A stretch of 64,000 nt of DNA from Gemmatimonadota bacterium (lineage in GTDB: Bacteria > Gemmatimonadota > Gemmatimonadetes > Palauibacterales > Palauibacteraceae). The stretch covers positions 3,072,001 to 3,136,000 of the forward strand of contig OZ220691.1 of NCBI GenBank assembly GCA_965116475.1. Reading direction: 5' to 3'. The notes under the pieces were generated by a model, which was not told the DNA's origin, ran no database searches, and saw nothing but the letters and a program-made list of their open reading frames with translations. A program made the position numbers and the translations under genes. Positions within the stretch are counted from its first letter, which is position 1; each line of letters begins with the position of its first letter. This document shows, piece after piece, positions 1 through 11,523 of this stretch.

Positions 1-26
1 GGCGGCGCACGAGGATTCGGCGGGGG

Positions 27-656
27 ATGTCGGATCCCGCCGCTGAAGCCCCGGTGTACGGCCGACGGACGGGTATCCTCGGGGGGAGCTTCGACCCCCC
101 GCACCTGGGCCACGTCTCCGTGGCGGGCGAGCTCATCGAAGCGCTGCACCTGGATCGGCTGCTCGTGATTCCCGCGCGCGATCCGCCGCACCGCGAGGTC
201 ACGCTCCCCGCGAAGGTGCGCCTCGACTTCACGCGCCGGGCTTTCGCGGACATGCCCGGCATCGAGGTCAGCCCGATCGAGATCGAGCGGGCCGGCCCCT
301 CCTACACGGTGGACACGCTGGAGGCCCTCGCGCGGCGCTTCCCCTCCGACCGGCTCGTCCTCGCGATGGGCGCGGATCAGTTCGCGGCGATCCACCGCTG
401 GAAACGCTGGCGCCGGCTGCCGGAACTGGCGCGCATCGCGGTGATGCCGCGGGAGGGCCGGGAGCCCGCACCCTCCCCGGAATCGATGCCGATCGAGTAT
501 GTTGTGGCCAGCGTCAAGCGAGTGGATATCTCGGCGAGCCGGATCCGGCAGCGCCTCGAGGAGGGGCATTCGGTCCACCTTCTCGTCCCGGAAACGATCC
601 GACACCATGTCGAGCGCGCCTGGGCCGGACGCCGCGCGCGCCATGTAACCCAGTGA
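27..656 (+). CDS. nadD: Nicotinate-nucleotide adenylyltransferase
   Basis: GILGGSFDPPHLGH (HxGH), SYTVDTL, MGADQF and DISASRIR motifs. Confidence 0.93.
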   Translation: MSDPAAEAPVYGRRTGILGGSFDPPHLGHVSVAGELIEALHLDRLLVIPARDPPHREVTLPAKVRLDFTRRAFADMPGIEVSPIEIERAGPSYTVDTLEALARRFPSDRLVLAMGADQFAAIHRWKRWRRLPELARIAVMPREGREPAPSPESMPIEYVVASVKRVDISASRIRQRLEEGHSVHLLVPETIRHHVERAWAGRRARHVTQ

Positions 657-663
657 GCCCCGG

Positions 664-4031
<3,368 letters not shown>

Positions 4032-4035
<4 letters not shown>

Positions 4036-4529
4036 GCCCGTCGCTGGCGAGACGGACCACGCCGCCGGCCGCCCGTCCTCGCGCCATACCCATCGCCGCG
4101 GCGCTGCTCGCGTCGGGATGCGGCGGAGGGGGGGAGCCCGCGGACGCGGCGGCGGCCCCGGCCCGCGCGGCCGTCGTGCCGGAAGCGGTCGATTCCGCCT
4201 CGGAGCCGGACCTGTCGGCCGTATACGCGGCCGACGCCGTCGATGTGGCCTTGCTGGAGTACGCGATCGGCATGCCGTCGCGGCTGCCGGCGGGCCCCAC
4301 GGTGCTCCGCCTCAGCAACCAGGGGTTCGAGATGCACAACCTCAAGCTCGTGGATCCCGCGAGCGGGGAGGTTCTCTGGGAGACGGAGGCGGATGTGAAC
4401 ACCGGAGAGGTTCGTCTCGTCGAACTCGATCTCTTGCCCGGGAGCTACACCGTCGTGTGCGACGTGGCCGGCCACGACAGCCGCGGGATGCTCATGACGC
4501 TCACCGTGGAGGCATCACCGGTCCCCTGA
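4032..4529 (+). CDS. Putative lipoprotein with cupredoxin (type-1 copper) domain; start uncertain (CTG 4032 overlapping secA stop, or GTG 4014)
   Basis: Lipobox-like LLASGC, Ala/Pro linker, then H(NLKLV)...GSYTVVC-x4-H-x4-M (CDVAGHDSRGM) copper-ligand pattern. Confidence 0.7.
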
Positions 4530-4634
4530 CCAACCCCCCTGACCGCTCGGCCAACCTTGAGGCCCGCCACGGGCTGCCGGCGGGCTGCCCAACCGGAAGG
4601 AGCGACCGGCTTGTACCTGCGATACGTGCCCCCG

Positions 4635-5795
4635 ATGGGGATCTACGAGACCCTTTACGCCTTTCTCGGGGCGTTCGGTACCTACATGGGCGAGCCCGGC
4701 ACGAACCCGTGGAGCCAGGGCTTCCCGCGGACGGTCGCCCTGCCGGACGGCCCCGCGCTTCCGTCGACCGTGACGGTGACCGCCGAGCACCGCAAGTATC
4801 CGAAGGCGTGGGGGCTCCCGGCGCTGAGGGAGGCGATCGCCGCCTACTACCGGCAGTCGTACGGCGTCGAGATCACGGCGGAAAACGTGATGGTGTTCGC
4901 GGGCGGGCGTCCCGCGATCATGGCGCTCCTTCTCTTCCTCGAACCCGACATCGAGGTCCGCCTCGCCTCCACGGAATACACCCCGTACTACGATGTCCTC
5001 GAGGGGCTGCGGCGCCCCTATCACCTCGTGCACAGTGGCGTGGACAACGGGTTCCGGCCCCCGGTGTCGGCCTATACGGCTCCGCGGGACGGGCGCACCC
5101 TGATGCTGCTTAGCAATCCGTGCAATCCGACCGGCGTGACGCGGACGGGGGAGGAACTGGCGGCGCTCGTGGCCGCCAGCGCGCAGGACGGCCTGGGGCT
5201 TCTCGTCGACGAGGCGTATGAGCTTCTGCACGACGAGCCGGTGAGTGCCCTCGCGCACGTCGACGACATCGAGCGCGGCAACCTGTTCGTCGTCGGCGCC
5301 GCCACGAAGGGCCTGCAGGCGCCCGGCATCCGCATCGGGTGGGCCGTGGCGGCGAAGCGGCACATCGAGATCCTCGCGAACTTCTCCTCGTTCGGGATGG
5401 GCGGCGTGTCCCACCCGTCGCAGTGCTACGCGGTCGAACTCCTGGACCCCGAGCGCATGCTCCACGTCCGGACGGCCGTCCCCGCCTTCTACGCCATGCA
5501 GCGCGAGCGCTACGGCCGGGCCTTCGAGGACCTCGGCCTCGAACTGTTCTCGGGAGATGGCGGCTTCTACCACTGGTGCCGGCTCCCGAACGGCTGGACC
5601 GCCCAGCGGCTGAACGAGCGCCTCTTCACGCGCGGCGCCGCGATCCTCAAGGGCACCGACTGCGACATGGCGCGCCTCGGCGACGACTCGCCGCTGTCGA
5701 GCTTCTTCCGCTTCTCCTTCGGCCCTCTTGCCCCGGAGTCGTTCGAGGCGGACATCGCCCTCCTTGGCGAGACCCTGCGCGAGATGCGATCCTGA
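4635..5795 (+). CDS. PLP-dependent aminotransferase, class I/II
   Basis: GLPALREAIAAYY, SNPCNPTG, DEAY, ATKGLQAPGIRIGW (PLP lysine), FRFSF; start placed at ATG 4635 (MGIYE). Confidence 0.88.
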   Translation: MGIYETLYAFLGAFGTYMGEPGTNPWSQGFPRTVALPDGPALPSTVTVTAEHRKYPKAWGLPALREAIAAYYRQSYGVEITAENVMVFAGGRPAIMALLLFLEPDIEVRLASTEYTPYYDVLEGLRRPYHLVHSGVDNGFRPPVSAYTAPRDGRTLMLLSNPCNPTGVTRTGEELAALVAASAQDGLGLLVDEAYELLHDEPVSALAHVDDIERGNLFVVGAATKGLQAPGIRIGWAVAAKRHIEILANFSSFGMGGVSHPSQCYAVELLDPERMLHVRTAVPAFYAMQRERYGRAFEDLGLELFSGDGGFYHWCRLPNGWTAQRLNERLFTRGAAILKGTDCDMARLGDDSPLSSFFRFSFGPLAPESFEADIALLGETLREMRS

Positions 5796-5827
5796 GAGCG
5801 CGACGACCGGAAACAGGAGGACGTTCG

Positions 5828-6955
5828 ATGGCGATGACGCGACGTGCATTCGCGGGGACCTCGCTCGCGGCGGCGGGGGCGGCGGCGCTGCCCGCCGCGG
5901 GGGCTGCGGCACGCACCCGTGAGACCCGACCCTCGACCGATTCCGAAGGCACCGGGCGGGCGGCCCGGGCCGGGCGGCTGCTCATCCTGGGCGGCACCGG
6001 CTTCATCGGCCCGCACATGGTGCGCCACGCCCTCGCGCGGGGACACGAGGTCACGCTCTTCAACCGCGGACGCTCGAACCCCGGTCTCTTCCCCGGCGTC
6101 GAAACCCTCATCGGGGACCGCGACGGGGCGCTCGACGCGCTGCGCGGGAAGGAATGGGACTACGTCATCGACAACAGCGGCTACGTCCCCCGCCTCGTGC
6201 GCGACTCGGCGAACCTCCTTCGCGACACCGTTGGCCGATACCTGTTCACCTCGACCGGCTCCGTGTACGACTTCGATCAGGACGAACTGCCGGAAGATGC
6301 CCGGCTGCTCGAGGTGACCGACCCCGAGAGCGAGGATGTGGGACGCTACTACGGAGAGTTGAAGGTGATGTGTGAGGAGGCGGTGCAGGAGGTCTACGGC
6401 GACCGCGGCACCGTCACCCGCCTGCACGTCGTCGCGGGCCCGGGGGATCCCACCGACCGGTTCACGTACTGGCCCGCCCGGATCCATCACGGCGGCGAGG
6501 TGATCGCGCCGGGCGACATGGACAACCCGGTGCAGTTCATAGACGTGCGGGATCTGGCCGAGTTCTGCATGCACCTGCTGGAGCAGGACACCGGCGGAAT
6601 CTTCAACGTGGCGGGCCCGACGCTCGACAGGACCCGCATGGACGAGTTCCTGTACGGGATCCGCGCGACCGTCTCGACGCCCGTGTCGTTCACCTGGGTG
6701 GACGAGGATTTCCTCCGGAACCGCGAGCCGCCCGCGCGCTTCCCCCTCTGGTACTCGCACCGCGGCCCCACCCGGGGACTGGCGCAGGTCCGCTCGCACC
6801 GGGGGGTCGAGGCCGGGCTGCGCTTCCGCCCCCTCGCCGTGACCGCGCGCGAGACGCTCGACTGGTTCCTGGGCGAACCCGAGGAACGCCTGGCGCAACT
6901 CCAACTGAACCTCGACCGCGATGCTGACCTGCTCCAGGAGTGGAAGAGCCGATAA
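5828..6955 (+). CDS. NAD-dependent epimerase/dehydratase (extended SDR) with twin-arginine signal
   Basis: AGGAGG RBS at 5815-5820; MAMTRRAFAG Tat-like motif; ILGGTGFIG Rossmann motif; YGELK (YxxxK). Confidence 0.85.
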   Translation: MAMTRRAFAGTSLAAAGAAALPAAGAAARTRETRPSTDSEGTGRAARAGRLLILGGTGFIGPHMVRHALARGHEVTLFNRGRSNPGLFPGVETLIGDRDGALDALRGKEWDYVIDNSGYVPRLVRDSANLLRDTVGRYLFTSTGSVYDFDQDELPEDARLLEVTDPESEDVGRYYGELKVMCEEAVQEVYGDRGTVTRLHVVAGPGDPTDRFTYWPARIHHGGEVIAPGDMDNPVQFIDVRDLAEFCMHLLEQDTGGIFNVAGPTLDRTRMDEFLYGIRATVSTPVSFTWVDEDFLRNREPPARFPLWYSHRGPTRGLAQVRSHRGVEAGLRFRPLAVTARETLDWFLGEPEERLAQLQLNLDRDADLLQEWKSR

Positions 6956-6989
6956 GTAGCACTTGAGGCCGTCGGTCCGCGGATCGCGC

Positions 6990-7018
6990 TTGTACCGGGT
7001 GATAGCAGTTGCTATCAT
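6990..7018 (+). promoter_or_regulatory. Sigma70-type promoter with overlapping palindromic operator for the RHH/RelE TA pair
   Basis: TTGTAC (6990-6995), 17-bp spacer, TATCAT (7013-7018) with extended TG; perfect inverted repeat TGATAGCA-gt-TGCTATCA at 7000-7017. Confidence 0.75.
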
Positions 7019-7056
7019 CGCCCGTCGATTCCTGTCTCGGTCGAACGAGAGGCATC

Positions 7057-7281
7057 ATGGAAAAGGTACAGATCAACGTCCGGGTGGATGCCGCCGTGAA
7101 GCACGCGGTGGAGGGATACTGCAGGCCGCGGGGCGTCGCGATGAATCACTTCGTGCAGGAAGCGCTGCTCGATCGCCTGGAAGAACTCGAGGACATCGAG
7201 GATCTGAAGAAGATCAGACACGAACCTACCCGCCCGTTGGCAGACGTGCTTCGGGAACTCGGCATCGATGGCTCGCTATGA
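7057..7281 (+). CDS. Ribbon-helix-helix antitoxin (RelB/DUF6290-like)
   Basis: 74 aa; N-terminal strand QINVRVD plus two helices, acidic EELEDIEDL; overlaps the downstream toxin gene. Confidence 0.8.
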   Translation: MEKVQINVRVDAAVKHAVEGYCRPRGVAMNHFVQEALLDRLEELEDIEDLKKIRHEPTRPLADVLRELGIDGSL

Positions 7282-7528
7282 GATCGCGATCTCGCGAACG
7301 GCCGAAAAACAGCTTCGCAAGCTCCCCCGGGCGGATCGGGAGCGGGTGGCGCGCAAGATGTCGAGCCTGGCGCACGACCCGTACCCGCAGGGAACCAGGA
7401 AGCTCGCGGGCTACGGGGATGTCTTCCGCGTGCGCGTGGGACCCTGGCGAATTCTCTACAGCGTCGGCACGAGGACCCTGATCATCATCATCCTGAAGGT
7501 CGGGCACCGCGGCGACATCTACCGTTAG
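7268..7528 (+). CDS. Type II toxin, RelE/ParE family
   Basis: 86 aa, basic; AEKQLRKL...PYPQGTRKLAG...FRVRVGPWRILY...KVGHRGDIYR RelE signature. Confidence 0.9.
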   Translation: MARYEIAISRTAEKQLRKLPRADRERVARKMSSLAHDPYPQGTRKLAGYGDVFRVRVGPWRILYSVGTRTLIIIILKVGHRGDIYR

Positions 7529-7589
7529 GGACGGCTGTCGCCGGCGAGAGACCCGGCTTCCCGCGGCACTTCAGACAAGAGGATGTTCG

Positions 7590-8906
7590 ATGGCGAGAAC
7601 GGGAGCGGGACAGCCCGGGAGCGTGGACCAGTCGGACCGGGTCGTTCCCATCAACCTGCGGCAGAGCGGGCGGACGCCGGTCGAACTGCTCATCTCGACC
7701 CGGGTTCGGAAATCGCCGTACTGGCACCTGTCGCACGAGGCGGGCTGCTGGCGGGCCACGACCTACAATCGCGTCTACCACCCTCGCGGCTACGTGAGGC
7801 CCGAGGACGGCGGCGCGGCGGTGGAGCACGAAGCGCTCACCCACCGCGTGACGCTCTGGAACGTCGCGGTGGAGCGGCAGATCCGCGTCAGCGGACCCGA
7901 CGCGGAGGCCTTCACCGATTACGTGATCACCCGCGATGCGACCCGGATCGAGCCGATGCGCGCGCGGTACGTCATCCTCTGCAACGAGCGCGGCGGCATC
8001 CTCAACGACCCCGTGCTGCTGCGGCTCGCCGGGGACGAGTTCTGGTTCTCGCTCGCCGACTCGGACCTCCTGTTCTGGCTCCAGGGGGTGAACGTCGGGC
8101 TCGGGATGCGGGTGGAGATCGACGAGATCGATGTCTGCCCGCTGCAGATCCAGGGGCCGCGGTCGCTCGATCTCATGGTCGACCTCGCGGGCAAGGCCGT
8201 ACGGGACATCCCCTACTACGGGCTCATGGAGGCGGAGATCGCCGGCTGTTCCGTCGTGGTCTCGCAGACCGGATTCTCGGGGGAGAAGGGGTACGAAATC
8301 TACCTCCGGGACGCGACGCTGCACGCGGAGACGCTGTGGCGAGCCGTGCTCGAGGCCGGGGAGGCGCACGAACTGATGGTCACGGCCCCCGGGCACCAGC
8401 GCCGCATCCAGGCCGGGATCCTGTCGTGGGGACAGGACATCGACCACGAGACGAGTCCCTTTCAATGCAACCTCGCCTACCAGGTGCCGCGCGAGAAACC
8501 GGGCGACTACATCGGACGGGCCGCGCTGGAGCATCAGCGGGCCGAGATCGAGGCGGGACGTTCCCCGTTCGCTCTCGTGATGGTGGGGATGAGGCTGGGC
8601 GGACGGCCGATCGACGACTACGCCCCCGACTTCTGGCTCGTTTCGGCTGCGTCCGGCGGCGACCCGGTCGGCTACATCACGTCTCCGTGGCACGCCCCCG
8701 AGCTGGGGAGCAACATCGCGCTCGGATACGTCCCACCCGCCGACTCCGCCATCGGCACGGAACTCGCCGTGTGGCTGCCGGACGAGTACGCGAGCGAGCC
8801 GGGCAAGCCCGACGCCGCCCGCGTGTGCGAGGTCCCGTTCAGGCCCTCCGCGAACCCGAGCACGCGCGAGGTAGCCCTCGCCGAGGGTCGCGACGCCGCC
8901 AGGTAG
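7590..8906 (+). CDS. GcvT-family aminomethyltransferase/demethylase (DmdA-like)
   Basis: AGAGG RBS; STRVRKSPY, GGILNDPVLLRL, QIQGPRS, SQTGFSGEKGYEIY, RRIQAGILSWGQD, NIALGYV folate-binding motifs. Confidence 0.85.
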   Translation: MARTGAGQPGSVDQSDRVVPINLRQSGRTPVELLISTRVRKSPYWHLSHEAGCWRATTYNRVYHPRGYVRPEDGGAAVEHEALTHRVTLWNVAVERQIRVSGPDAEAFTDYVITRDATRIEPMRARYVILCNERGGILNDPVLLRLAGDEFWFSLADSDLLFWLQGVNVGLGMRVEIDEIDVCPLQIQGPRSLDLMVDLAGKAVRDIPYYGLMEAEIAGCSVVVSQTGFSGEKGYEIYLRDATLHAETLWRAVLEAGEAHELMVTAPGHQRRIQAGILSWGQDIDHETSPFQCNLAYQVPREKPGDYIGRAALEHQRAEIEAGRSPFALVMVGMRLGGRPIDDYAPDFWLVSAASGGDPVGYITSPWHAPELGSNIALGYVPPADSAIGTELAVWLPDEYASEPGKPDAARVCEVPFRPSANPSTREVALAEGRDAAR

Positions 8907-11435
8907 CTAGGATCTCATGCGGGCGCCGGCCGGGTCGAAGAGCGCCGCGCCGGCCGCCACGGTGACCGGGAACGGTTCGTTCATGTAGAGGACGTGGAGC
9001 CGCGTTCCGGGGGCGGCGAGTGCCGGCGGGAGGTACGCCATGAGGAGGTACTTCCCCACGGAGGGGCCCATCCCCGCCGACGTGACGCGGGACTCCCGCC
9101 CGCGGACGTCGACGATGCGCTCTCCGCCCGGCCCCAGCAGCGGTTCGTTGCCTCCGGTGGGGAAGCGGGCGAGGCCGGAGGCGTCGGCGTGGTCGTCCAC
9201 GGTGAGCGTGCGGAGCATCGCCGCGGGCCCCGCCTCCCGGGCCTTCAGGAAGGCGGCCCGGCCGATGAAATCGGCCCGCTTCACGCGTGGCCGCGCCAGG
9301 CCCGCCTCCACCGGCGAATACTCCGAGGTGAGTTCGGCCCCCATGAGGGCATAGCCCTTCTCCATGCGGCCCGTCGTGCCGTAGACGCCGGCGCCCACCG
9401 GCCGCAGGCGGAACGGCCGGCCCGCCTCCCGCACGGCATCCCACACGCGCGTCGCGAGCGCGGCCTCGACGTAGATCTCCCACCCGCTCTCTCCGACATA
9501 CGAGATCCGGCACATCGTGGCGGGGACCCCGTCCAGCGCGACGTCGCGCACGGAGGCGTACGGGAACGCGGCCTGCGAGAGATCCGCTCCGGCGATCCTC
9601 CCCAGGAGCGCTTCGGCCCGGGGGCCCCAGACGCCGAGCGCGCAGATCTCCGCCGACCGATCCTCGAAGCGGACGGAGCCCTCGTCCGGCAGATGCTTGC
9701 GGAACCAGGCCGCGTCCCGCGCCCCGTCGAAGGCGCCGGTCACGACGCGGAAACGATCCGCCCCCAACCGCTGGATCGTGAGGTCGGCCCTGAACCCGCC
9801 GTCCGGCGTCAGCAGCGGGGTGTAGATGGAGGTCCCGGGCGGGCGGTCGCACGCGTTGGCCGCCACTCCCTCCAGGCAGGCGAGCGCCCCGGGGCCCGTC
9901 ACGTCGAAGATCTGAAACGCGCCCAGGTCGACGACGCCGGCCTTCTCGCGCAGGTGCAGGTGCTCCGCCTCGATGATGGGAGACCACCAGCGGCGGTCCC
10001 ATTCGTGCGGCCGGTCGGTGACGCCGTAGCGCTCGACGAGCTCGGCGTTCGACTCGTACCACTGCGGACGTTCCCAGCCGCGCGCCTCGTAGTAGACGGC
10101 TCCGAGGGCCTCGGTGCGGGCGTGGAGGGCGGAGCGGTGCGCACCGCGGCATGATGCCCACTGCTCGCGCGGGTGTACGATCCCGTACGTTTTGTTGAAG
10201 TGCTCCCGGGCGCGTGCCCGCACATGCCGGCGCGTCCGTTCGTGCGGCTGGAAGCGGGTGACGTCCGATTCGTGAGGATCGCACAGGCGGGGATGGCCGT
10301 GCGTGATCCACTCCGCGAGGAGGCGTGCCGCCCCGGGACCCTCCTTGATCCACACGGCCGCCGCCGACCACAGGTTGGCCACCTCGGCCGTCTCTCCCAG
10401 TACCGGGTGCGCGTCGGGCGTAAGCGAGAGGAGGCCGTTGATCGCGTATCCGATCTCGGCGCCCTCGAGCAGTCCGCCCATGATCTCCCGCGCCTGCGCG
10501 AGCTGGGGCGCGAAGTCATCCCCGGTGAACGGCAGCTCCGTGGGAGAGCGCTCGGATGCCTCGCGCGCAGGGATGTCCTCCGGGTGCACGAGGATGGGGC
10601 GGTGCGCGTAGGAGCCGACCTCCATCGCACCGTACTTCTGGCGTTCGTACATGAAGGCGTCCATGTCGCGCACGATGGGGTGGGCGATCTCGTTGCCGGT
10701 GGCGAGCAGGGCGTCGACCGGGCCGAGATCGGCCATCTGGTGCACGGCCGGCGTGAGCGGAATCGAGGCGCCGGCCAGTTCCGCGATGCGGGGGCTCCAC
10801 ACGCCGCACGCGATGACCGCGTGCTCGACCTCGATCCGGCCCCGCGCGGTGAGGATGGCCCGCAGACGGGGGCGCCCGAAGGGCCGGCGGTCGACCTCCA
10901 GCCCCGTCACCTCGGTATCGTCCAGGATCGTGAGCGCTCCCCGGGCCAGGGCCCGCTCGCGCATCAGCGTGCCGGCCCGCACGGCGTCAACCACGGACAC
11001 GGACGACATCCAGAAGCCGCCCAGGATGACGTCGGGGTTCACGAACGGAATCCGCCTGGCCACCTCCGCCGGCGTGAGGAGTTCGGCGTCGATGCCCCAC
11101 GCGCGGACCGAGGTCATGCGCCGCCTCAGTTCCTCCATGCGGGCCTCCGTGCGCGCGACCTCGACGCCGCCGCACGTCGTCTGGACGCCGAGCGCCTCGT
11201 ACTGCCGCTGGCTCTCCAGCGTCAGCATCGCGACCTCGCGGCTGTGGTCCGTGGGGAAGATGAAGTTCGACGCGTGCCCGGTGGAGCCGCCGGGGTCGGG
11301 CAGCGGGCCCTTGTCGATGAGGACGAGATCGTCCCAGCCCCGCTGTGCGAGGTGCTCGACGAGGCAGCTGCCGACGATGCCGGCCCCGATGACGGCGATG
11401 CTCGCCGCGGCCGGCTGTGGCGCGCGTTCGCTCAC
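8907..11435 (-). CDS. Dimethylglycine/sarcosine dehydrogenase or oxidase family (FAD domain + GcvT folate domain)
   Basis: IGAGIVG FAD motif, GSTGHAS (His at the covalent-FAD position), INGLLSLTPD, GWERPQWY, RISYVGESGWEIY, RMEKGY; 842 aa. Confidence 0.9.
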   Translation of the reverse strand: MSERAPQPAAASIAVIGAGIVGSCLVEHLAQRGWDDLVLIDKGPLPDPGGSTGHASNFIFPTDHSREVAMLTLESQRQYEALGVQTTCGGVEVARTEARMEELRRRMTSVRAWGIDAELLTPAEVARRIPFVNPDVILGGFWMSSVSVVDAVRAGTLMRERALARGALTILDDTEVTGLEVDRRPFGRPRLRAILTARGRIEVEHAVIACGVWSPRIAELAGASIPLTPAVHQMADLGPVDALLATGNEIAHPIVRDMDAFMYERQKYGAMEVGSYAHRPILVHPEDIPAREASERSPTELPFTGDDFAPQLAQAREIMGGLLEGAEIGYAINGLLSLTPDAHPVLGETAEVANLWSAAAVWIKEGPGAARLLAEWITHGHPRLCDPHESDVTRFQPHERTRRHVRARAREHFNKTYGIVHPREQWASCRGAHRSALHARTEALGAVYYEARGWERPQWYESNAELVERYGVTDRPHEWDRRWWSPIIEAEHLHLREKAGVVDLGAFQIFDVTGPGALACLEGVAANACDRPPGTSIYTPLLTPDGGFRADLTIQRLGADRFRVVTGAFDGARDAAWFRKHLPDEGSVRFEDRSAEICALGVWGPRAEALLGRIAGADLSQAAFPYASVRDVALDGVPATMCRISYVGESGWEIYVEAALATRVWDAVREAGRPFRLRPVGAGVYGTTGRMEKGYALMGAELTSEYSPVEAGLARPRVKRADFIGRAAFLKAREAGPAAMLRTLTVDDHADASGLARFPTGGNEPLLGPGGERIVDVRGRESRVTSAGMGPSVGKYLLMAYLPPALAAPGTRLHVLYMNEPFPVTVAAGAALFDPAGARMRS

Positions 11436-11476
11436 GGCGCGAAGTGCGTGCGGCTGTGAAGCCTCATGCGCGGCGC

Positions 11477-11508
11477 GGCGGCGGGCCCCCCGTCCATGGC
11501 CCGCCGCC
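11477..11508. terminator. GC-rich hairpin downstream of the VPS10-type gene, possible terminator or stabiliser
   Basis: Stem GGCGGCGGGCC (11477-11487) / GGCCCGCCGCC (11498-11508), 10-nt loop; no U-tract. Confidence 0.35.
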
Positions 11509-11523
11509 CCGCACCTTCCGCCG

